From a virus (taxonomy: Duplodnaviria > Caudoviricetes): 64,000 nt of DNA. Below are positions 48,501 through 56,100 of the stretch, in pieces (the stretch's first letter is position 1; each line of letters starts with the position of its first letter). Under the pieces are notes generated by a model, which searched no databases, was not told the DNA's origin, and saw only the letters and a list, made by a program, of their open reading frames with translations. A program made the translations under genes and the position numbers. The stretch covers positions 313 through 64,312 of IMG/VR virus record IMGVR_UViG_3300030060_005272; one strand, 5' to 3'.

Positions 48501-48998
48501 TGTTGGTGTGTATGCTAGTTCTCCAACCCATGTTGCTGTATATGCAGCACCATCATAGTTTCCATCACCAACATAACCAACAACACGACTGTATGCAATA
48601 TCAGTACTATATGTACCACTATAGTTGGCACTAATATTCATTTTAGCCCAGATATTGTCCGGTTGGTTACCTGTGGCTGAATAGTCTTTTCTGTATCCTA
48701 ATTGACCAGTAAAGTTCTTTAGTGATGTATATGCTTTTGAATAAGTATCAGTATCGTCTGAATTGTAGTTTACAAAGCCTTCATATGAAGCTGTGTATAC
48801 TCCAGCAAAGTTTGTTTGCCATGCAAGAGTTGATGTCCTACTATTAGTATAGACTCCCTCAAATCCATTATAGAATCCATGGAACGCATTTGTGTATACG
48901 ATGTAAGGAACTCTGGTACCTTGACCAGTGTACGAAACCTCAAAGGTCCGTTCCCCTCCAGCATATTCTTTTGCGTAAAGTCGATTCGAGTAAGACAT
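39519..48998 (-). CDS. 3159-aa repeat fibre/adhesin with [Y/W]-x-K-x tracts, a LamG-like domain and a split gp38-like Gly-rich domain
   Basis: Two long repeat tracts. LamG-like segment (DFTIEFW, W.HVAIVR, YING, GYIDDLRI) at about 45850-46515. Gly-rich gp38-like motifs at about 43130-43335 and 39519-39880. Confidence 0.8.
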   Translation of the reverse strand: MSYSNRLYAKEYAGGERTFEVSYTGQGTRVPYIVYTNAFHGFYNGFEGVYTNSRTSTLAWQTNFAGVYTASYEGFVNYNSDDTDTYSKAYTSLKNFTGQLGYRKDYSATGNQPDNIWAKMNISANYSGTYSTDIAYSRVVGYVGDGNYDGAAYTATWVGELAYTPTYSGFVGFASYTKTYEGSTTYTKTYSKTYVGNTIYQAEWQRDYLKAYGGTATYTKSYTVDVNYDKDYSAGAWVGATSFIVYSKDYGGAITYLDSTGAGFTGFVNYTKGYQATQFYTKTYVGTVDYNKNYVGAADYIKAYTGRASYMAEENFNKNYSKAYTTVADFTRVWSGGLSYLGNVNYDGLTYTGTYAGDTNYQTLVYYVGTSDYVGTYEGLADNSYLGSAFVGVYEKDYIGNYFRIYTKIWSKDYVTDYEKNYVKTYTKRYEKLYVGDYVAAYRTSYHKDYDKVYSKVWTKAYEVPYTKIYSKDWEKTYTKIYTKVWTKDYLEDYGKAWLGIYNKDYIKLYNKVYSKDWVKDYDKAYVGPVFYGGFASGSQTTSYGKVWQKAYTADYTKDWEKAWVKSYEGSFDATYTKNWLTDYAADYSKDWVKAYAKDYDKVWNATYEKDYGADYTKIWTKNYDLSYAKDWERDWGKTYTKIWTKIWQKDYVTDYEKDYGKTYTTDYLKDYVATYNKDYVANYDQIYLKNWSKDYAEDYTKVWQKTYDAAYTKIWVGRYEKNWVKAYEKNYVKAYIKAYGKTWEKDYVTDYDKVYTKAYNKGYIKAYTAAYTKIWAKDWVKAYDKVWLGEYTKIWDRNWEKDYSKAYEKAWVGVYSKDYVTSYHVPYDNFDTTVLLLNAEIPNATDGDVEFIDASDNGNHVTTVHGNAAKSTDQNKFGSASIEVPSTGSSGLTINFADDDFNFQNEDFTIEFWLRAVGTNNATILEAYDSSDNSVKWAIRGNDASSPSQIIFYEGTTARVTADDNSPWSTDTWIHVAIVRISNAIKVYINGTADAATYTSAANLTGANRLVIGNRRQLDASIGGYIDDLRIDKTNGKYTGNFNVTDNETAQEQINSADWTSFQKAYVKTYSADYTKIWAKDYDKTYEGVFNATYEKAYDKVYTKVWEKDYVVDYTKVWNKNWEKTYDKVYAKVWLGNYDKIYVGPVFYGGFASGSQTTNYTKVWEGSFDANYTKVWNKDYEKAYDKIYTKNWVKGYDKTYTKDWVKAYDKTWTGVYTKIWTKDYDKVYTKIWNKDYVKDYVNVWVGEWVKNWVKDYEGSFDATYNKDWVKAYSKDYDKVYEGSFDATYEKAYSKDYDKVYETDWNKEYIETYEKDYTKVWTKNWVKNYDTEYEKQYDKDWIKAYEKDYVAAYDKNWDAVYNKDWVKDYDKVYTKLWAKDYEAAYTKIWDRAWVKSYDKNWVKTYTKDWNKVYVKTYTKNWVKNYETDYSVDYGKTYSKLYEAHYTRDYLKLWQGEYTKNYDKDYLKDYVKTYTKNWVKDYETDYTQEYQGTYTKAYEGIFATFIKYYLGAKNWEGNIHYTKNYTGLRFYGKAWGTEYAKTWTGNYSHNYEKEYEKDYSADYTKVWTKTYTKAYVKNYDKVYTKVWTKDWTKAYVDGSGDTYTKIWSADYAADYTKGWNKDYEKTYDKDYDKVYTKAWTKGYLKDYAKEYVANYTGSYGGAAAYLKAYAGTTDYSGPVNYTKTWEGPYIASFAPSYTGDSDFTQRYTGALTRNVPYEGTTSFVGPSGGQLDSNLAGQPKLHIMQDNTWKNVKQLFVHASGQWKKVKYLNTKQDDTWKLAYIGYDTTDIFLDEGEVLTSDSDAGSARGHDLHMGKITYYVNDFNLKSYLEAKGKTPDTVPQLVNIFVGVKDDYTKNFVFGSTANNIPAVNLNMDSVTANVSGDTQAEIKHLVRIVNYTTGFIVGKGGDGGDANGSTRGLGSHGSDGGHAIESGANVHLFIENYGTIGGGGGGGGASGISDPYSKESGVYTTTYLGDTYHGSGVLTEYGATWSKAYTKDWVKNYVKVYVGDYSTDYVKDYSTDYTKAYVGVYNKDWEKVYVKEYAADYTKIYAKDWEKTYTKAYEGSFDATYTKTYTKIWEGNYTKTYTKNYDKVYTKVWAKDFSTVYQGEYTKVWSKGYARDFEAAFNGGGTDYLRIFSKDYAKGYEVVYTGDYTKVWSTDFSADYTKSWEKVYNKEYVGAYTKDYNKDYAKAWVGVYNKDWVKAYSKDYTKVWTGNYLKDYAKVWAKAYEGSFDANWTKIWSKTYTKIWQGAYEKDYLKNYQKVYNKQYDASYTEAYQKAYTGQLYWIDEDVASYTGAAGQFTSARAYGDGEVSFIKDFNKEYVSGFTGQTAYTAGVPGSRGELGSFSQAENYDVDYTKLYASPYTKAYDKVYAKAWDSSAANYTVNWEKAWVEDWASNWAGSFHGGQQDAMTPTNFMKTYLPDSGVALYAKEYTNVRFGRTYGGFESAGFITSVGSYAKAYSKTYTKIWTKAYTKAWEKTYTKVYEKDYNKAYDGAAFAKDWTKTYTKTYDGTIYGGIYEKTYQKAYDKVWQGSYVDEWGGAYDKEYEADYLATYVKTYIGIYTKTYESADDAYVGPTYDGATYTKSWEKAYSVDYSTDWEKAYTKSYEKDYEKAYEAAYTKAWSKDYNKDYEKDYEGTFSKSYVKNYDRVYVGDYTKNYDKDYSKDYAKLWNSSAATYTKAYTKSYEKTYSSDWTKSYEKDYVKDYTGAFTKAYTKTYTKDYSADYAKEWTKAYTKAYDKDYTKAYTKIYTKDYVKAYDADYVGSYTATFSRSYDAEYEGSYDKEYEKAWSKIWTKGFGSTTYIGEYSATYLADFTKQYQKDFGGSYDRDYTAEYEASYTGTYTATYVKTYSKDWVKAYEAEYNKDYTADYATTWIKEYLGNYSRPGGVYGAFLKEYTDTFVRVYNTKGSFIGTYLKTYTKNYDQLYQGVYTKAYQKAYEGTFNQDYLVIYNKDYAKAYVGPVFYGGFASGSQTTTYNKAYVKGYEKNWIKTYTGIFTKDYEKTYTGDYTKSWTKDYVKTFEDTAYSREVNISYLGFAETTGVAGSGGAGWNIGEEGTTEADHSHMLFLPQEGNLINGGSRGVPDWEYGNSRAIGGKGGDLGNVGTGGGERFLRKSRLARSGDGGKPGAAIKGYDSDYVNMIYQGNILGDPNYMFQG
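39910..43110 (-). repeat. Second [Y/W]-x-K-x repeat tract of the 3159-aa protein
   Basis: About 1070 residues of 4-residue periodicity between the two halves of the Gly-rich domain. Confidence 0.85.
43850..48990 (-). repeat. First [Y/W]-x-K-x repeat tract of the 3159-aa protein, interrupted by the LamG-like domain
   Basis: 4-residue periodic aromatic/Lys pattern, more irregular and Gly-rich at both ends. Confidence 0.85.
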
Positions 48999-49011
48999 AC
49001 TTTATATATGC

Positions 49012-49305
49012 CTAACTAAATGTCTGGTACCAGATATCTCCATTAGCGCCACCAGAAGGTGTCGATGTACTAACGTAGACAACATACTCGGAATCATTAT
49101 TAGATGCAGCTTCAAAGTTACGAGATGTCTTTGAGATGGCTGCTACACTTATAGCATTTACAAGTCCTCTACTAGTTACATTTGCCGTGACAGCAAAAGT
49201 TGTATTTCCAAAGTTGCCTGTTGATATGCCTGTATCCGGCAGTGTAGATGTTTGCACATTGGCTGTGCTGTTAACAATCGTAACACCGTTAACTTTTAAT
49301 GGCAT
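49012..49305 (-). CDS. Small tail-fibre-associated protein
   Basis: C-terminal YVSTSTPSGGANGDIWY, a motif common in phage fibre proteins. Confidence 0.55.
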   Translation of the reverse strand: MPLKVNGVTIVNSTANVQTSTLPDTGISTGNFGNTTFAVTANVTSRGLVNAISVAAISKTSRNFEAASNNDSEYVVYVSTSTPSGGANGDIWYQTFS

Positions 49306-49964
49306 TAGTCTTTCTCCAATTCTTCAACTCTCTTGTCAAGCTCTTTTACAGCTTCTATTAACAGAGGAATGAGCGACTGGTATTTAACAGCCTTGTTTCC
49401 ATTTCCATTTGTTGATACAAGAAATGGTAATTCAGCTTCTATCTCTTGAGCAATAACACCTAGATCAGTCTGACCATTCTTTTGATCATCTGTCTTCCAT
49501 TTAAACATATAGCCATTGAGGTTTCTACATACCTCTACTGCATTTTCCATTTTTTGTAGATCAGTTTTCAATGCAATGTCAGAAGAATAACTAGCTTCAA
49601 CATCGCCTGATGCTAACACGTTCTTGAAGTATCCATTTCCAAACTGCATAGTTGGTGTGCCAATATCATGAGTGATATTTGCAGATGCATGAAGATTAGA
49701 AGCAAATGTTATAGCAGCAGCAGTTTGTACTGTACCACCTCTTATATTGTCTTTTGCAACTAATGTATTTGCAGAAAAGATACCGTTGACATGACCATTG
49801 CCTGATGTAATAGTATGGTTTGTTGAGTTTGGTAAAGCTACTGCACCAGCTGTAATAACAATAGTTCCTTGATCGTATACGAGCTGGTTAGTTCTCTCTA
49901 CCCATTCTCTAAACGTATCAGTAGCTACTGCTATGTTAGCTCCTAAGTAAGATGTTTTTGCCAT
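49305..49964 (-). CDS. Fibre protein with C-terminal intramolecular chaperone (peptidase S74-like) domain
   Basis: N-terminal DTF.EW..RTN; C-terminal SD..LKT, L.GY.F.W, GVIAQEIE..LP.LV and V.Y..LIPLLIEAVKEL. Confidence 0.8.
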   Translation of the reverse strand: MAKTSYLGANIAVATDTFREWVERTNQLVYDQGTIVITAGAVALPNSTNHTITSGNGHVNGIFSANTLVAKDNIRGGTVQTAAAITFASNLHASANITHDIGTPTMQFGNGYFKNVLASGDVEASYSSDIALKTDLQKMENAVEVCRNLNGYMFKWKTDDQKNGQTDLGVIAQEIEAELPFLVSTNGNGNKAVKYQSLIPLLIEAVKELDKRVEELEKD

Positions 49965-49965
49965 A

Positions 49966-50181
49966 CTATCCTCTAGCTAAATTCTGTAACATTCGTTTGA
50001 TCTCACCAATATCAGACTTGAGTTCTTCTACATCATTATGTAGTTGTTTTGCTGCAAGCGCGTCTTTCCTACGACTCTTATAGAGTGAGTAGGCATTCCT
50101 ATCTGTATTTATAAGAGCCATGGAGTTAGGATCCCGATCAAAAGAATCGTTATCTGTTTCATATCGTATTTGATCTGGCAT
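49966..50181 (-). CDS. Small conserved coiled-coil protein
   Basis: RDPNS.ALINTD...Y and LKSDI.EIK.ML; recalled as lying next to VrlC-like genes in T4-like phages. Confidence 0.65.
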   Translation of the reverse strand: MPDQIRYETDNDSFDRDPNSMALINTDRNAYSLYKSRRKDALAAKQLHNDVEELKSDIGEIKRMLQNLARG

Positions 50182-50182
50182 C

Positions 50183-53100
50183 TTATATACTCAATGCCAG
50201 AGCTCTGAAGTCCCTTACCCTTGGTGCTAAAGCAGCATTGCTACTCTTCAATACAATCTTAATCTGGAAGTTTTTGAATGTATCAAATTTATTCTGACTA
50301 CTATTGTAGTATGTTGCAATGAACTCGTTCTGAGGGTCTTTAAACGCTGTCTGAGGCGTATCTACCTTCAGTATATCTGCTTGTGTGTTATCAAAGCTGA
50401 TTGCATTACCAACTGTAACAACTGTAGAGTTAACTGCAGTTACTGTTTCAATTTGATAATCTATTGATGCATCTGTGTTAACTATCTTAATCAAGTCTCC
50501 TACAGATAGTGCACTAGACTGATCATCTGTTGTTGCAATCAACGCATTAGCATTATCAGCAAGACCTTTACCAACAAGTAATGTTGATGGAGGTGTATCA
50601 GGTATTCTATATTCATACTCAGCAAAGTCGTCTAATGAACCTGGAGCTGATTGTTTGTTGAATCCTTCAAGTTGTAACCTTGTCCAATGTCTGTCTTCAA
50701 AGTCATCAACTTCTAGTTCATTAGATATTCTTGCATATATTTCTACATCAGATGAACCAGGTTTGGTAGCTGTAACAAACACTCTCAAGTCTTCAGCATC
50801 AAGTCCCTCATCCAATGTAACTGACTTGGAAAGATACTTAGCAGATGCACTACCAGTTAGTGGTAGATGTTCATTTGTATTACTGTTGTTAATTATATTT
50901 TCAACTCGTAGTATATTACTAATACCATCATCAATAACAGGAGACAAATGAGACTTAGCTGAGTTAAACAAGAAAGTATGTTTCAATGACTTACCTGTTC
51001 CATCAACTATTTCATTTGATCTACTCTTGATTATAGCAACTTCTGTCAATCTATTCCTGTTGTTGATTGGGAATTGTGTATTAGCAGTTTGTCCAGTTGT
51101 TGTGTTAGATTGATGAAATTGAGTTAATGCTGTATCTGCTGGTGTGATTTGATATATCATATTATCAAATGCAGTCATGTTAATATTTTCAACTTCTGTG
51201 ATTGTAGCATTTGCACCAGATTCACTACCAACAATACTATTTGTGTTAGCAAATTTGAATGTAGCATTAGCAGCAGTAGACTTGATTAGATGCATCTCTC
51301 TAAGCTGGTTAGTACTTTCGTAATAGAATATTTCACCAGTTGGTGTCAATTGAACGTCAGCTTGAGCTGATGTAAAGTCTGGAAATCCTCGGACAGTAAG
51401 TATGGTGTTGTTTGTTATTGCCGTCACCTCTCTGACTGAGTGAGATGTACCATTAGTCAGAGCAACGAACTGTCCTACTGCAAGGTCTGACGTAAATGTC
51501 GAACCTGTGCCAGTAACTGTTTCGCTGGTTGTTGAAAATGCAACGTTACCAGTAATGTTTGCAGCATTGTTGTATATAAATGCTCTCTCACCTTGTTCAA
51601 ATGTACCATTGACACTTTCCAATGTAAAGAATTCATGATCAGCATTTTGATAATCAACACTACCATCAGATGCATTGAACTCAGCTCTATAGATTGTGAA
51701 CTTAACATCTTCTTGTTGGTATGGTCTCCATGCTCTGTTGTTTGTAGACAAGAACATAAGACCTTCAAAGTTATCTTGGTTTATGATAGTATTTGTAGTG
51801 ATGTCTGTATCACCAGTCTTTCTAACATAGATGTTGTAGTTTGGATTATTTGCATCAGGTTTCAATACAAAGCAATACTCTAATCCACTTCTCAAGAATA
51901 CTGGAGCGGGGAATGTAAATGTTGTTGCAGTTGTACCATCAGAACTTATATTAACATCAGCTGACCTTAGATGTACTTCACCATTAGGCATAACGTGAGA
52001 TGATGGAAAACCATTCTCAACAGTTCTAATTTGTAACAACACACCAAGTACTGGATCTTTACTTTCAAAGAAGATATCCATCTTAGTAATAAATTGACCA
52101 GTGGTTGTACTAGTATTCTTAACAATAAATGTCTGTGCTAAAGGATCACCGTCTCCATCACCATCACCGTCTCCATCATCTTCTGGAGCAGCAGCAGGAG
52201 GAGGTGTTGTAATGATTGCAGGAGGAACAGCAGCAGCAGGAGGATTAGCAACAAATGTACCTGGACCAGGTACTGTAATTGCTTCTGTCCTTCTTGATCT
52301 AGTAGCTTGTGTCTCAACTGTTTCACCAGTTATAACTCTTGATCTTGTCACACCTAGTTGTCTTGTTGTTAATTGTATGCTAGCCTTATCGATACCAAAG
52401 TTATATGCATTGAATACTCCACCAGCCTGTGATCCAGTATCAAATGCAGCAGCAACTGTTGCCTGATCAGAAACGTTGACTTGTCTTTCACCAACTGGAT
52501 ATGTTTCAGCTGGAAGGTGGAATACTGCAAACACCTCACCAGAATCATTTGATCTGATTGCATCGCCTACAGCACCAGTTGTTCTAAAGTTTGCTTCGTT
52601 TATAGCATCACCAACATTTACAGTAGCTGGTTGACATTGAGCACTAACTGCTTTAGAATCAAAGTATATGTAGTGTCTTGTATTTGGTTTCAATCCAAAT
52701 GCATGTAGATATAACAACTGTTGTCTGATGAATGGGTTGAAAGATATATCTCTTACGAACTCACCAACAGTTTGTGTGTTAACAATGTCTTGTGTTTGAA
52801 ACTGGTTTTCACTTTGTTGTCGTCTGATAGTTCTAATAGTTTCAAAGTTATTGACTGTTGTGGTAGTTGTATCATTCCTTGTAGTTGTTCCACCAGGAGC
52901 AGGACTTCTTACTTGGTTAACTACAGAACTTTGTGTAGATCCAAGAAAGTTAGTTGCAGATGTATCACCAATGACTTCACTACGAGGTTCTTGAATTGCT
53001 TCAAGGTCTCGTATACTATTCAACAATGATCGTGTACCTTGAGTTAAGTCTAACTCAACATGGAAGTCATTTGAAGGTGGATGTCTAATGTCATGGAAGT

Positions 53101-56100
53101 TATCGTAGTTTGGAAATACGTTTACAATACCAGAATAGTTCCAGAACAATTCAGCTAGGTTTCTTGTTCTTGTAGCTGACCTTTGATCATATTCAGCTAC
53201 AGCATCATAAGTAAGAGTAATCAGATCACCAGTCTTAACTGTATTGGAGTAAGCGTTTGGTGTGATATCAATCACATTATTCTTTTGTCTTGAAGTCAAT
53301 ACAGAGTTAACTTTATCGTAACCAGCTTTGAATTCTCTGTTTCCAATATCAGCTACTGTTTGATCAACAAAGTTATCAACAAGTATTCCGTTTTTGAATC
53401 TCTCTAATGAAGCATTTGCAGATGATGGAATAGTAAGATCAATAGCTTGTTTCTCTAGTAAGTTAAGAGATGTATAATATTGAATCTTTCTAACTTCATT
53501 CTTGATCTGACCAATGTCTTTCATTGTGAAGTTACGTTGCTGTTTACTCAAGATTTGATATGCATAGTCTGGTCGACCTGCTCGAGCAGCTGGTAGACTT
53601 GCTAGAGATGGAAACACTGGTACAGTAATCAACCCAACAGTCATAGCTGTTGCAGAGTCTTGAGGAGGCACAGGCCTTATGTTTGATGCACCTTCAGTTG
53701 TACTGAACACTCCTTGAGTGTCCATCATAAGTTTATCAATCCTTGGTAAATAATGTTCGTAGTCAACAGCCATTGACTTGCCAGGAGCAGCTAGATATTG
53801 CTCACCACTAAACGAAACTGTCTTAGCTGGGTTTGTAGTTGCAGCTCCAGCGGTCAATGCATTAGTTGTATTAGCTGTGTTAGCAGCATGAGGTCTAAAG
53901 TCTACAGCATCTCTTAGATCAATTGATTGACCATCTTGTGGAGATGTATATATTGGAATTCTTTCTGTTCTAATCTTATCAGCTGGTAATGTTGATGAAT
54001 CATCATCAACAGGATAACTATCTACAGTAGCGTAACCAAAACCACTACCACTTTCTACAAAGTGATTGAACACTGCAAGTATTCTTGCTGTACTATTGAT
54101 TGTAGGTGCACCAAGAGTATCTGTTCTTAGTTTCAATTTAGATAGATCGTAGAATCCATCTTTCTGGTTTGGTAACAACTCAAAGTGTTCTGTCTTATCG
54201 TTACCAGCAGCTTCAATGCTTGTAAAGTTATTATATTGAACATATACTTTTTGTAGATTAAGAACGTCTGGAGCTCCTAAGCACCAAGGTCCTACAGATG
54301 TATCTGCGTTAGTTGCACAGTTAATTTTTACATAAGTGTTAGCTGATAGAAGTTTATTCTTCTGAGCTGATTGTCTCTTTGTAATGTTATGTGATATATG
54401 TAAAGCAAATGTAGACTCAAGAGTTGAACCTCTTGACATATTGATAGTAGCAGACTTCTGGTCTGTACTGATTGTAACATTTGAACCTGTGTTACCAGAT
54501 ACATCATCCAGATGAATAACTTTGTCCGCAACATATAATCGTCTATATGCAGCACCACTAACAGCAGTAGAGAAAGCTGCTCGTGTTGTTAAGTGTGTAG
54601 AGTTTGTAATACCTGTGATAACTTCATCTTCTGATCCAGTAACTCTTATTGTATCACCAACTTGAAAGTCTGTGGTAAATGTAGTACTACTACCAGTAAC
54701 AACATTAGAAGTAGTTGTAGTAACAGTTCCAGTCAATGCTGCTGTCTGAGCAGATGTGTTGTTAGCTACAATTACAAAGTCTTTTTCTTGGTCTGTAGAT
54801 AGAGTTGAACCACCAGTATAATCAAAGACTTGGTTACCTGTTAATGTGATAACTATGGTACCATTAGTTGCAGCAGTACCTGTTGATATTGTTCTATATG
54901 TGTATGATGACTCAGCTAATGTCTTATGATTGAAAGTCTTAATACCTTTGACACCAGTAGGTACCACAAACTTTCTTAGGTTTGTATCATTAAGTACAGC
55001 TCTACCATTTGTTAGTACCACATCAGCAAAACCTACACCAGCATCTGCACCGGTAAAATAAGAAGCAGCTCTTACGTCTGCAAAGTTTTTACCTTGGTTC
55101 ATTACAATATCAAATAGATATAACCTATACTTTCCGTCTTCTTTACCACCAACACCATCGTGATAAACAACAGATCTTACTCTAGCATTACCAATGATGG
55201 TACCAGAATATGTTGGAGCTGATGCTGAAACAGTTGTTGCAGTATTTGTAGATGGAACAGTTTCTGCAGAACCTGCTGGACATGTTGATATTCTGTTACC
55301 AGCTGTATCAAGCAATTTAATTTGAGCACCAGTATTGAAATCAAAGCTACCTAAGTATTCATCAACAATAATATAGTTACCATAGTTTTGACTTATTGTA
55401 GCATTCTCAACATTAGCAGTTGTTGTGCCTTTTCTTATTTGAGTTCTTGAAGCACCAATTGTTTCGTTTCTGAATCCTTTGACAAATGCTTTACCAGCAC
55501 CAATAACAATAGTATCAAATGTTGTATTGCCAGTGTCGTCTTCTGTGTGAAAAGAGAATGGCTTAACAACATAGTCGCCACTTTCTTCAAAAGTACGTTT
55601 AGCTAACTCCTCACCAATCTCTGAAAACTGTGTTTCTTCTTTGAGTGTAATTGGATCACCATTCTCAAACTTAATGAGAGCTAAGAAGTTATTTGAACTA
55701 ACACCTTCTGCTTTTGTTTTACTGATTAAAGTTGGTGTTAATTTAAGTCTGTCTGCACCAGGAGCATTCTCGTTATTAAAACCAGAGGAGTTGTCTAATA
55801 ATGATGTGTTAGATGAGCTGTTAATTATAGATTCTGAAGTAATAAATCCAACTGACATATCGTTTGGATTAGAATTATATCTTAGTACATTGACACCTTG
55901 TTGGTTTACCTCAACAAAATGACCTTTTTGATATATTGTACCATCAGAGACATTGACACGTTTTGTTTGTCCAACTGTATCAAACTCTGTGTTACCAGAT
56001 ACATTGAATCCCAATCCAGCAATCTCAAACGAAGCTGTTGAGTTAATTGTACAAGTAACATTAGCACCAGTACCACCAGCTGTGTTGAATGTAATAACAG

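Noticed and set aside
35598-48964. Many short alternative-frame ORFs (HILRYGQK-type and plus-strand Ile/Cys/Phe-rich)
   Set aside because: They are shadows of the biased codon repeats in the two giant genes and show no independent coding signals.
35484-48990. Repeat DNA as a CRISPR array or non-coding satellite
   Set aside because: There are no identical direct repeats with unique spacers. The 12-bp periodicity is degenerate, varies mainly at third codon positions, and lies within two uninterrupted ORFs.
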